Counted from the first letter of the stretch, positions 23,194-31,953 are shown. The stretch: DNA of 50,391 nucleotides from a virus (IMGVR_UViG_3300003155_000001:1-50391); one strand, 5' to 3'. Numbers and translations are program-made. Notes: generated by a model not told the origin, from the sequence alone.

Positions 23194-23581
23194 GAAATGT
23201 CCTGAGGGCGCAGATTGCCCGTATAAAGCAAGCAAAGCAAGAGAGGCTATAAGAAGTATGTCTAATCATTTAAAATGGCAGGAACAGGCAAATATGAAGC
23301 CTATAGACGTAAAAGAAATGAATGCATTGGCAAAGGAAGAGTTAATAAAGTACCAGAGGACAGGATTAACACCAGAAGAAATCACAGGACTGTTAGAACA
23401 TTTGCAGGGCGAGTGCTGGTTATGTGAGCATAGCAAACCGTATGACATAAGTGCAACCAGAAAGTTATCTGTGTGTGAGTTAGGTTATCCAGACAGGAAA
23501 GAAAGCAACACAAAGCCAGTTGCTATGATCCGTGACAAACAGTGTTCGCAGTGGAAACTGAAATATTTTACGGGGGAATAA
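23180..23581 (+). CDS. Hypothetical Cys-containing protein
   Basis: ATG 23180 lies 6 nt after GGGAGGAGG and overlaps the terS end. Confidence 0.55.
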   Translation: MIQSKKCPEGADCPYKASKAREAIRSMSNHLKWQEQANMKPIDVKEMNALAKEELIKYQRTGLTPEEITGLLEHLQGECWLCEHSKPYDISATRKLSVCELGYPDRKESNTKPVAMIRDKQCSQWKLKYFTGE

Positions 23582-23584
23582 CAT

Positions 23585-23887
23585 ATGCAGGCCATATTTC
23601 GAGATAACATGGATCAGGCAGAAGAGTACAAGGAAAACAAGTACAGAGTGGAATACAGGAAGCGCATGAAACACGGTGGAGCACAAATAGAATATCCAGA
23701 CATACATACCTGTGAAATATATGCACGTAACATAACGGAGGCAAGAGAAAAGGCAGAAATGTTATTAGATGCATCCGGAAAGAAAAACAATCTAGGCAAG
23801 AACAGGATTGTATCTATTAAAATGTTAGAGCGTAACAGGAGTAACAGACCGGGTAAAACAGAGTACGAAAAAGCAAGGAGAACATAA
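23585..23887 (+). CDS. Hypothetical basic protein (100 aa)
   Basis: RBS GGGGGA upstream. Confidence 0.55.
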   Translation: MQAIFRDNMDQAEEYKENKYRVEYRKRMKHGGAQIEYPDIHTCEIYARNITEAREKAEMLLDASGKKNNLGKNRIVSIKMLERNRSNRPGKTEYEKARRT

Positions 23888-23888
23888 C

Positions 23889-24632
23889 ATGAGTAGAGAA
23901 CATATTATATATAAGCCTATTAGGGATTTAAGGCCATATAAAAAGAATGCAAAGAAACATCCGAAACAGCAGATAGAACAGATTGCAAACAGTATTAAAG
24001 AATTCGGTTTTACTCAGCCCGTGTTGATTGACAAGCATAACAATGTTGTAGCGGGACATGGCAGGGTGCTGGGCGCAAAGAAAGCAGGATTAACAGAAGT
24101 GCCTGCATTATGTTTGGATGGTCTGACAGAAGAGCAGGTAAAGGCATACAGGTTAGCAGATAACAAACTGAATGAAAGTGCGTGGGATAGTGTGCTGTTG
24201 AGTCAGAGTTTAGATGAGATCACAGAGCTTGATATGAGCTTGTTTGGTTTTGATCTGGGAGAAGCAGTGGAACAGGAAGAACAGAAATACACGATGAAAA
24301 CAAATATTCCACAGTATGAACCAAAAGGGGAAGAACCAGACATAACAGAGCTTGTGGATATCAGCAAAACAAAGGAGCTGTTAGAACGAATTGAAGCGAG
24401 TGACGTAACAAAGAAACAGAAACGGTTCTTAAGGCTTGCCGCATACAGACACTTATGTTTTAACTACAGTAAGATTGCAGAGTATTATTGTCATCAGAAC
24501 AAGGAGATGCAGGAGCTCATGGAGGACAGTGCCCTTGTTATTATTGACTTTGATGATGCAATTGCAAAAGGCTATGTTCAGTTATCAAAACAGGTAGCAT
24601 TACTGAGAGGAGAGCAGGAACATGAGGCATAA
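23889..24632 (+). CDS. ParB N-terminal (ParB-like nuclease) domain protein
   Basis: IRDLRPYKKNAKKHPKQQIEQIANSIKEFGFTQPVLID..VVAGHGRVLGAKKAGL..VP and YRLADNKL are typical ParBc motifs. Confidence 0.85.
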   Translation: MSREHIIYKPIRDLRPYKKNAKKHPKQQIEQIANSIKEFGFTQPVLIDKHNNVVAGHGRVLGAKKAGLTEVPALCLDGLTEEQVKAYRLADNKLNESAWDSVLLSQSLDEITELDMSLFGFDLGEAVEQEEQKYTMKTNIPQYEPKGEEPDITELVDISKTKELLERIEASDVTKKQKRFLRLAAYRHLCFNYSKIAEYYCHQNKEMQELMEDSALVIIDFDDAIAKGYVQLSKQVALLRGEQEHEA

Positions 24633-25485
24633 AAGTTTTGTTGTGTTCATCCTGTCTCATGGTAGGGCAAGTAATGTAAAAACATTAAAGACTTTAAAGC
24701 GTGCCGGATATACTGGTAAGGTTCTTATTGTGATAGACAGTGAAGACCCCTTAGAAGATGATTATAAGCGCATATACGGGAAATCAAGCGTTGTGGTGTT
24801 TGATAAGTCAAAGGCGTCTGGGTTGTTTGATATTATGGACAATTACGATGATAGCAGAGGGGTTGTTTATGCAAGAAATGTCTGTTTTGACGTAGCGGAA
24901 CAAACGGGATACGAGTATTTTCTGGAGCTAGACGACGATTACACATTGTTCGAATACAGAACAAGAGAGAACGGAAAGCTGAAAAGTCAGAGAGTAGAGA
25001 ACATAGACAGTCTGTTTGATGCTATGTTGGACTTTCTGGATGTGTCTGGTGCTTATACTGTAGCGTTTGCTCAGGGAGGGGATTTGATTGGAGGGACAGA
25101 GAACGGGAATTATAACAAGAAGTTGCTAAGAAAGGCGATGAATAGTTTCTTCTGTAGAACAGATAGACGGTTCACATTTGATGGAAGAATAAACGAAGAT
25201 ACTGTTATGTACTGTAAGATGGGAATTCAGGGAAAGCTGGTGTTTACCTATACAGATGTTGACCTTGTGCAGACTCAAACGCAGAAGCAGAAAGGCGGTC
25301 TGACAGAGCAATATCTTGATGTAGGAACGTATGTGAAATCATTTTATACGGTAATGTGTTGTCCTAGTTGTGTAACAATTGGAATGATGGGCGGTAGCAA
25401 GAAGGGTATGAGACTGCACCATATGATATCATGGAATCATTGTTGCCCTAAAATTATATCAGAGAAATACAAAAAGCAGAACTGA
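24622..25485 (+). CDS. Putative GT-A-fold glycosyltransferase-like protein (DxD)
   Basis: N-terminal beta-strand FVVFILSHGRAS, ARN, and the DxD-like YFLELDDDYTLF. Reminiscent of phage TET/JBP-associated glycosyltransferase (TAGT)-type proteins. Unverified. Confidence 0.4.
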   Translation: MRHKSFVVFILSHGRASNVKTLKTLKRAGYTGKVLIVIDSEDPLEDDYKRIYGKSSVVVFDKSKASGLFDIMDNYDDSRGVVYARNVCFDVAEQTGYEYFLELDDDYTLFEYRTRENGKLKSQRVENIDSLFDAMLDFLDVSGAYTVAFAQGGDLIGGTENGNYNKKLLRKAMNSFFCRTDRRFTFDGRINEDTVMYCKMGIQGKLVFTYTDVDLVQTQTQKQKGGLTEQYLDVGTYVKSFYTVMCCPSCVTIGMMGGSKKGMRLHHMISWNHCCPKIISEKYKKQN

Positions 25486-25506
25486 AAATGTTCTGCTTAT
25501 TTTATT
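25475..25506 (+). terminator. Rho-independent terminator (overlaps stop)
   Basis: AGCAGAAC-tgaaaat-GTTCTGCT followed by TATTTTATT. Confidence 0.75.
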
Positions 25507-25527
25507 ATATAAATATATAAAAAGTAG

Positions 25528-25557
25528 TTGACAAGTATTTATGTTGTGGTGTATAAT
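25528..25557 (+). promoter_or_regulatory. Sigma-A type promoter P9
   Basis: TTGACA 25528-25533, 18 nt, TATAAT 25552-25557. Confidence 0.65.
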
Positions 25558-25600
25558 AAAGACAGTTAAAGAAGAGCAAAAGCAAAGGAGAACAAAGGAA

Positions 25601-25771
25601 ATGAAAAGAACACCAAAACAGATAGCGGAGGACATTTTTTATGGCAGGGATGATAAGGCAAAGAAAGAGCTTGAAAAGATGATTGGATGTAAGTTCTGCG
25701 ACATGACTATTGAACAGCGTAGAATTGGGTGTGCGGCTCTATCCGCTTTTGATGGGGTATGGAATAAATAA
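25601..25771 (+). CDS. Hypothetical protein (56 aa)
   Basis: ATG 25601 follows AAAGGAGAACAAAGGAA. The ORF-track start 25541 overlaps the P9 -10 region. Confidence 0.55.
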   Translation: MKRTPKQIAEDIFYGRDDKAKKELEKMIGCKFCDMTIEQRRIGCAALSAFDGVWNK

Positions 25772-26028
25772 TAGAGGAGATAAGTTGGACATAGCAGATT
25801 GTTATAACTGGTGGGATGCTATGTATTATGGTTAACAATCAAGCTCCAGAAACTCGATATGAAGCAATTGTCAGTGAGAACAGTTGTGGAATGTTGATTT
25901 CTACTAGTGAGGGCCAACTGGTAGGAGAGAGTGAAGCCCGAGGGATTAATGCCGTTATGGGAAAATAGAACGAGGAGGAGAGTTGCACGTAGTAGGAGAG
26001 TGGTGCAGTGTAGGGCTAAATAAACATG

Positions 26029-26090
26029 AAACGAACAGAACAGATATAACACAAATTACCCGGCTGTTGTCTTTGCCCTGTTCGTTTTAT
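26029..26090 (+). terminator. Terminator-like compound hairpin immediately upstream of the terL RBS
   Basis: AAACGAACAG 26029-26038 pairs with CTGTTCGTTT 26078-26087. An inner AACAG/CTGTT pair is present and a TTTTAT tail follows. Confidence 0.4.
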
Positions 26091-26106
26091 GCATAAGGAG
26101 AATTGA

Positions 26107-27374
26107 ATGAATATAAGTGTTACTGTTCCGGATCGGTTTGTATCATTTCTGACCGACTGGGATTATAGACAGTACCTCTCATTCGGCGGCTATGGAAGCG
26201 GAAAAAGTTATAGTGTAGCATTAAAGATAATCTTAAAGTTGATGGAAGAAAAGCGGACAGCGCTTGTGGTAAGAAATGTATTTGAAACAATTAGAGACAG
26301 TTGTTTTTCATTGCTTCGTGAGATCCTTGACGGAATGGGGATACTGTCTGAGACAAAATCTTTAAACAGGAGAAATACTGGAAAGGTAGTAGCCGTAACA
26401 AGTCCTATGGAGATTCGTTTTCCGAATGGAAGCAGGATTATATTCAGAGGACTTGATAATCCGGAGAAAATAAAGTCTATTAATGGCGTGTCTATTGTGT
26501 GGATCGAGGAGTGTTCTGAGATTACTTTTCAGGCGTATACGGAATTACTCGGACGTATTCGCGGTAAGGGAGTAACAAAGCATTTCTTTTTGACTTGTAA
26601 TCCTGTTGGTCGTTGGAACTGGGTATACAATACATTTTTTGTGCACCTGAACGACGATGGAACAGAGCTGGTAATACAGGATGAAGAAGAAGTATACAAA
26701 AAGCGCACAGTTGTTAGAAACGGTGTGTATTATATGCACAGTGTTGTGGACGACAATCCATTTGTTGAGGACAGCTATGTAAGGCAGTTGGACTCGCTAA
26801 AGCAATTGGATCCTGAACTGTGGGTTGTTGCAAGGTGGGGACGCTTTGGCGTAAGCGGAACAAGAGTGTTGCCGAACTTTGTGGTCGCTCGCAATGCTAC
26901 ACAGTTTAAGGCGAAAGTAAACAGTATCCCGGCAAGGTTCCATTTTTTTGGTCTTGACTTTGGATTCGAGGAAAGCTATAATGCCCTTGTCTCTTGTGCG
27001 GTTGATGATGAGAATAAGGATCTGTACATTTATGATGAGGTATATGTAAACCACGTAACGGACGATCGATTCAGTCAGAGACAGGATGTGAGAAAGGTAG
27101 CAGAGAGGGCAGGAAGGTGCAAAAAGGCAATAGGTGCTGATGGTGCTGAGCCGAAGTCAATACAATTCTACAGACAGCAGGGGTTTAACATGTATGCCGC
27201 GAAAAAGTACGTAGGGAGCAGATTACAGAACACGAAGAAGATGAAGCGTTTCCGACATATCTATTGCTCTCCAAAGTGCAAGAACACAATCCGGGAGCTG
27301 AAAGAGTTAACATATAGAAAGGACACAAAAGGCAATGTAATCTATGATGAGTTTAACATCGATCCGCACACGTT
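26107..27374 (+). CDS. terL: Terminase large subunit, exon 1 (PBSX/Terminase_3-like)
   Basis: Walker A GGYGSGKSYS, Walker B-like IVWIEEC, and a nuclease domain. The exon end is inferred from the P1 pairing and frame (see intron finding). Confidence 0.8.
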
Positions 27375-28329
27375 TAACTACCACAAACTAGGCGTGTATA
27401 AAGTGATGGAAAAACGGGGAAGCTGAGATGCTAATCCGAGCGGAAGTTATGAACGGTAACAGAACATAACACGCGCAACGCATAGGGACTGAGGAAACAA
27501 GAACGTCCCCACGAGCCATTGCAATTTATAATAAAGGAGATGCAATCAATGTATGAGAGAAAAAGAGTGAATACATTGGAAAAAGAATACGAACAAGTGC
27601 TTGACGTCTACGAAGTAGACAAATATGGAAATGTTTATGGGACAAATGGGATGGAATTAAAACAGGAGCTGAATAGTTCTGGGTATTGTTATGTATCATT
27701 AAAAATAAAAGGACAAAGAAGATGGAAGAAGTGTCTTGTGCATCGTTTGGTCGGGTACGGTTTTGTTGATGGGAGAACAGAACAATATAATGAAATTGAC
27801 CATAAAAATACAAACAAACGAATTAATCGGTGGGATAATTTGAAGTGGACAGATCGTGTCGGGAATATGAACAATGAGAACACTGTTGAGAAGATGAAGA
27901 ATCAAAACGGTATGAAATGTTATGTCTATGATTTTAGATTAGATTTCATTGGGAAATATGATTCCATGACAGAAGCAGAGAGATTTATCGGAAGAACGAT
28001 ATATGGAATAAATACTAGAGTAAAAGAGTATTATGTTCTGGGTAAGCCAGATCTGAATATTGTTTTAAAGATAAATAGAAAACAGAGAATACAATCTGTT
28101 GTTATTACTGACATGTATACAATGGAAAAACATTATTTTTATTCTAACCGAGAAGCAAGAAAGTTTTTTGGAAATAAGGTAAACATAACACAAGCCATAC
28201 AAAAGAATTGGACTGTAAAGGGAAGATTTAAAGTTCGTAATCTGAATTATAAAAAATTAATAGGTATGCTAGACTTATAAGAAGCGAATTATAAGAGGAT
28301 TCGGATAAAAAGCCGAGTTGATGACAACG
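27375..28329 (+). mobile_element. Putative group I intron with HNH homing-endonuclease ORF
   Basis: The 5' exon ends in U. P1 pairs ACACGUU 27368-27374 with GGCGUGU 27391-27397. P10 pairs ACUA 27387-27390 with UAGU 28330-28333. The last intron nt is G (28329). It carries ORF 27549..28280. Confidence 0.65.
27549..28280 (+). CDS. HNH (HNH_3/AP2-type) homing endonuclease
   Basis: YCYVSLKIKGQRRWKKCLVHRLV..EIDHKNTNKRINRWDNLKWTDRVGNMNN. ATG 27549 lies 9 nt after AAAGGAG. AT-rich relative to the terL exons. Confidence 0.85.
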   Translation: MYERKRVNTLEKEYEQVLDVYEVDKYGNVYGTNGMELKQELNSSGYCYVSLKIKGQRRWKKCLVHRLVGYGFVDGRTEQYNEIDHKNTNKRINRWDNLKWTDRVGNMNNENTVEKMKNQNGMKCYVYDFRLDFIGKYDSMTEAERFIGRTIYGINTRVKEYYVLGKPDLNIVLKINRKQRIQSVVITDMYTMEKHYFYSNREARKFFGNKVNITQAIQKNWTVKGRFKVRNLNYKKLIGMLDL

Positions 28330-28405
28330 TAGTGCATTGTGGTATGCGTTGGACAAATACACTGTAGCTGATGTCAAAAAACGGAAACCGAATACAAAGA
28401 GGTAA
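28330..28405 (+). CDS. terL: Terminase large subunit, exon 2 (last 24 codons plus the third base of the split Phe codon)
   Basis: Spliced reading gives ..NIDPHTF|SALWYALDKYTVADVKKRKPNTKR*. The stop at 28403-28405 lies 3 nt before the next ATG. Total 1344 nt, in frame. Confidence 0.6.
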
Positions 28406-28408
28406 GAG

Positions 28409-28642
28409 ATGATAAAACAGAATAAAATAAAAGAGCTAAAGAGATTGAGAGACTTACAAAAGGACAGCATAGGGTCTGAATATGCATGTGGATTGCATAA
28501 TGGACTGGAGCTTGCAATATCTGTTCTGGAGGGCAGAGAGCCTATTATGGAGACTTTTGACAGTGTGCCCGAAGTAATAGAGGGCGAAGAGGAAAAGCCC
28601 GGTAGAACGGTGTTTAGCGGGGTCAGAAAGCGTGGTGTATAA
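28409..28642 (+). CDS. Hypothetical protein (77 aa)
   Basis: RBS AAGAGG upstream. Confidence 0.6.
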   Translation: MIKQNKIKELKRLRDLQKDSIGSEYACGLHNGLELAISVLEGREPIMETFDSVPEVIEGEEEKPGRTVFSGVRKRGV

Positions 28643-28948
28643 ATGGACATAAAATACAAAGTTGATGGTATGTTACTTAAGGAGGAAGGAAGTCACGGGA
28701 AGATTGCGAGGGGTTCACACAATGTGATTGTGTTATCTTTTGCGTTTGACGAGTCATGGAGTGGCATGAGAAAAGCTGTTGTTATGCGTGACACAGAGCG
28801 GACACAATATAATGCACTAATACCGAGTAATGGAAAAGTACTTATTCCGGATGAGGTAACAGGAACATCTCGGATATTTGTGCAGGTTGTAGGAAGGAAA
28901 GGCGACATGATAACAAAAACAAATGTTGCTGTAATTGAACAGATATAA
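28643..28948 (+). CDS. Hypothetical protein, similar in pattern to the N-terminus of the following fibre protein
   Basis: ATG directly after the upstream TAA. Beta-rich. Confidence 0.55.
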   Translation: MDIKYKVDGMLLKEEGSHGKIARGSHNVIVLSFAFDESWSGMRKAVVMRDTERTQYNALIPSNGKVLIPDEVTGTSRIFVQVVGRKGDMITKTNVAVIEQI

Positions 28949-28969
28949 AATAAAAAAGGAGGCGAGAGG

Positions 28970-30823
28970 ATGCCAAGTGTAGAGGAACTACTAAGCGGAA
29001 CGGAGGTGATGGCAGATAGCATAACATACTGTGAGATTGACGATGCAACCAGACAGATTAGTGTCCCAGAAGAATACAGAATCCTAGGTGTAGAATCTGA
29101 TGAAAAGGCAAAGCGGTTATATTTTCATTGTCCTAAAATTGTAGGCAATAACAACGTTGATCTTACAGACTGCATCTTGTTCATAAACTATCGGAACGCA
29201 GGTGGCGAGCTGGACGCTTACCGTATACTGGATGTGGAAGAAGATAGCTCTGGAGAGTATATTACTTTTTCGTGGGAGTTATATCGGCGCGTTACGGCAT
29301 ATCACGGTGATGTTGTGTTCTCGTTTTGTGCTATGAAGCAGGGCGAGATAGAAGTAACAAATGAGTATAACACTGCGATAAACACGCAATGTACGTGTTT
29401 GGAAGGTCTTGAAGCAACAGAGAGAGTGGAAGAAACAAACGCGGATGCAATTGTACAGATTTGGGAAGCAATCGATCAACTGAAAGTGTCCGGTGGAGGT
29501 GGTGGTTCAGGCACTCCGGGAAAAGATGGCAGAGAAATTGAATTGCAGAACAATGGAACGGCAATCCAGTGGAGATATGTTGGTGATAGTGGGTGGACAG
29601 ACCTTGTACATCTGTCATCCCTGAAAGGTGAAAAGGGTAACAAAGGAGATACCGGAGCAACTCCGAATATCCAGATCGGAACTGTACAGACACTTGAACC
29701 CGGACAGGACGCAACAGCAAGCATGACGGGAACGGCTGAGAATCCGCTGTTAAATCTTGGGATACCGAGAGGAAAAGACGGAGAAAGTTCTACAGGTGGC
29801 TGGAGTTCAACGCAGATTGATCTATTTGAAGCTTTTACGAACGTAATAGCATATACGTCACCAGATGCAAATAGTATTGTAAGTTCTCTTATATCGTCCC
29901 TCAGAAGTGGATCTTCTGATACTCCAGAAGGCTCATTCTCAATTATTTATGTTCTAAGTAATGTAACAAGCTCTAGCAAAGATAATAGCATAAAATCCGG
30001 AGAGCCATATAATACTACCTTAACCGCAAATCCGGGATATGAATTGGAATCTGTAATCGTAAAAATGGGAGGGTCTGATATAACAAGCACAGCATATTCA
30101 GATGGAGAAATAACCATTTCTGCTGTTACTGGGAATATAGTTATTACTGCTTCTGCCGTTCAATCATCAGCCTCCGGTCAACTTCCGCAAGACGGACTTG
30201 TAGATTATTTTGACTTTAGAAATAAATCATATACTGCTGGTGGAGGTGGACTATATTATATTAATTCTGATTATGGTAATGGCATGTTGTATTCCTGGAG
30301 TAATCAATCAAGCAAACAAGGAGATAACATCGGGTTAAAAGGAGTTGGTGGAAATTATACAACAGAGAGAGCAACTGGTTATCCAGTTACCGATAATTTC
30401 CCATCTACAAGAACAGTGTGCCTGTTTGGAAAAGGTGGTCCTTCAGTACCCAACAGCATTGGAGTGGATGGTACACTGAATAATGCATTTGTGTATATGA
30501 TAAAATATAGAGCCATTGATAAAACAACAAAGAGCTTGTCGAATGAGCAGATTCAATATCCTGAAGGATTTACTAAAACTGGATATAACGCTTCTTTTGT
30601 CATAGTTAATCAAAATATTTTGAAAGTATATTTCGATGATACTCTTCATAAAACAGTTGATGGAAATGAGATTGAAGATTTTGAATCATGGGATATAATT
30701 CCCCTAGCCTTAACATCATTTGGTAATTATGGAGTCGCGTATGCGATTTATAACAAGGAGTTATCTGAAGTAGAAATTGTTGAAGCACTAGAATTCTTCA
30801 AAACATTGGAGGTGAGTGAATAA
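28970..30823 (+). CDS. Tail fibre / receptor-binding protein (collagen-like triplets, C-terminal LamG-like domain)
   Basis: RBS AAGGAGG. GGGGGSGTPGKDG and GEKGNKGDTGATP Gly-X-Y runs. C-terminal ..AIYNKELSEVEIVEA resembles the LamG_3 signature. Confidence 0.6.
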   Translation: MPSVEELLSGTEVMADSITYCEIDDATRQISVPEEYRILGVESDEKAKRLYFHCPKIVGNNNVDLTDCILFINYRNAGGELDAYRILDVEEDSSGEYITFSWELYRRVTAYHGDVVFSFCAMKQGEIEVTNEYNTAINTQCTCLEGLEATERVEETNADAIVQIWEAIDQLKVSGGGGGSGTPGKDGREIELQNNGTAIQWRYVGDSGWTDLVHLSSLKGEKGNKGDTGATPNIQIGTVQTLEPGQDATASMTGTAENPLLNLGIPRGKDGESSTGGWSSTQIDLFEAFTNVIAYTSPDANSIVSSLISSLRSGSSDTPEGSFSIIYVLSNVTSSSKDNSIKSGEPYNTTLTANPGYELESVIVKMGGSDITSTAYSDGEITISAVTGNIVITASAVQSSASGQLPQDGLVDYFDFRNKSYTAGGGGLYYINSDYGNGMLYSWSNQSSKQGDNIGLKGVGGNYTTERATGYPVTDNFPSTRTVCLFGKGGPSVPNSIGVDGTLNNAFVYMIKYRAIDKTTKSLSNEQIQYPEGFTKTGYNASFVIVNQNILKVYFDDTLHKTVDGNEIEDFESWDIIPLALTSFGNYGVAYAIYNKELSEVEIVEALEFFKTLEVSE

Positions 30824-31761
30824 TGGCAATATACAATGTAAATGGAGAACCAATACAGTCCGATGGTGGTTCTAACTTTTCTGTAACAAATTATTCAGCA
30901 TTTACCGACAATGAAGGCTCCGCAAGACAGGCTATATTGACGTATCAAGGAAATAGATTATATCCGTATAATTACCAATCACAACGCACAGATATTGTTA
31001 AAAAATATGATGGCGGTGTCATGATAACGCTTGGTGACAGCTATACAGCGTACATGAATTCATTTTTTGATGCATTTGCGAAAAAACATGGACTTGTTCA
31101 GGATAACAGGGGACTTGCGTCTTCTACTATTGCAGGGAGTGAAGACGGAATAACTGTTGGGTATCATGCTTTTTGGGTTCGACTGGACGAAGCTATCTCA
31201 GAATATGAGACAAAAGGCGGTCACACCATCGGAGATAACGCATATACACTTGCTGATGTCAGGCTTGTTACTTTTATGGGCGGCGCAAACGATTGGTCAA
31301 CTGTAAATGAAGAAATGGACAGGCTTGGAAAAGGACCGTGGGAAACAGATAAAGAAAAATTGTATGGCGCTTGCAATTATATATTTACTAAATTCCTTGA
31401 AAAATTTACAAATGCAGATATTGTGGTAATCTTACAGCCACCCAACTATGCCAATACTGTACCTACACAAGAGGATGGAGCTAAAAATGTGGGTTTTGAG
31501 AGTCTTGCGCAGGCTCAAAGAATGACAGACGCTGAGTATTCCAGTTATCTAATGATGAGAAAAGAAGTCATTGTAAGAGAGATGGCTGAAAGATATGGCC
31601 TGACAATATGTGACTGCTGTTTCGATTGGTATAATCCAATCAATCCAGATGAGGCTGCGAAATACTGGCAATCAGATAAATTACATCTTACCGCAGACGG
31701 CCATCGGGCAATTATAGAAAAACTTGAAAAAGTTGTGAATAACATGAGGGCAAGGGATTAA
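30823..31761 (+). CDS. SGNH/GDSL-family hydrolase (esterase)
   Basis: Block I ITLGDSYT, block III FMGGANDW, block V DKLHLTADGH. Confidence 0.75.
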   Translation: MAIYNVNGEPIQSDGGSNFSVTNYSAFTDNEGSARQAILTYQGNRLYPYNYQSQRTDIVKKYDGGVMITLGDSYTAYMNSFFDAFAKKHGLVQDNRGLASSTIAGSEDGITVGYHAFWVRLDEAISEYETKGGHTIGDNAYTLADVRLVTFMGGANDWSTVNEEMDRLGKGPWETDKEKLYGACNYIFTKFLEKFTNADIVVILQPPNYANTVPTQEDGAKNVGFESLAQAQRMTDAEYSSYLMMRKEVIVREMAERYGLTICDCCFDWYNPINPDEAAKYWQSDKLHLTADGHRAIIEKLEKVVNNMRARD

Positions 31762-31806
31762 AAGGATACTTTAAATCAGCGACATAAAGGAGCCAGGGCA
31801 CATGAC

Positions 31807-31917
31807 ATGTACAAGGCGGGAGAATACATGATCTGGACATACGGAACAGTCAAAAAGTGTCTGAGGGACACCAATTTCAGCCCGGAGGAATATCCGCAGG
31901 CGTGGGAAGTCGCATAA
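31807..31917 (+). CDS. Possible small ORF (36 aa; or 29 aa from ATG 31828)
   Basis: Fills the 192-nt gap. GGGAG lies 6 nt before ATG 31828. Below the ORF-track cutoff. Confidence 0.3.
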   Translation: MYKAGEYMIWTYGTVKKCLRDTNFSPEEYPQAWEVA

Positions 31918-31953
31918 AGGCAGGTGATAGCTTATGTGGAGGATATGCAATGA

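Noticed and set aside
25816-26023. Small ORFs in the pre-terL spacer: a 46-50-aa ORF (25816/25828..25968) and a 30-aa Arg-rich GTG ORF (25931..26023, ..NRTRRRVARSRR..) that superficially resembles an arginine-rich RNA-binding motif
   Set aside because: RBS spacing is poor. The Arg-rich frame is a by-product of the purine-rich AGGAGAG repeats. The ORFs are kept only as a note inside the spacer finding.
27375-27426. The last 17 codons of the plain TerL ORF (..NYHKLGVYKVMEKRGS*)
   Set aside because: Interpreted as read-through into the intron (P1 loop and guide sequence). The spliced exon 2 gives a better TerL-like end and fits the neighbouring gene spacing.
27488-27500. CUGAGGA...GAAAC string resembling a hammerhead ribozyme core
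   Set aside because: No flanking stems I-III could be drawn. It lies inside the putative group I intron, so a chance match is more likely.
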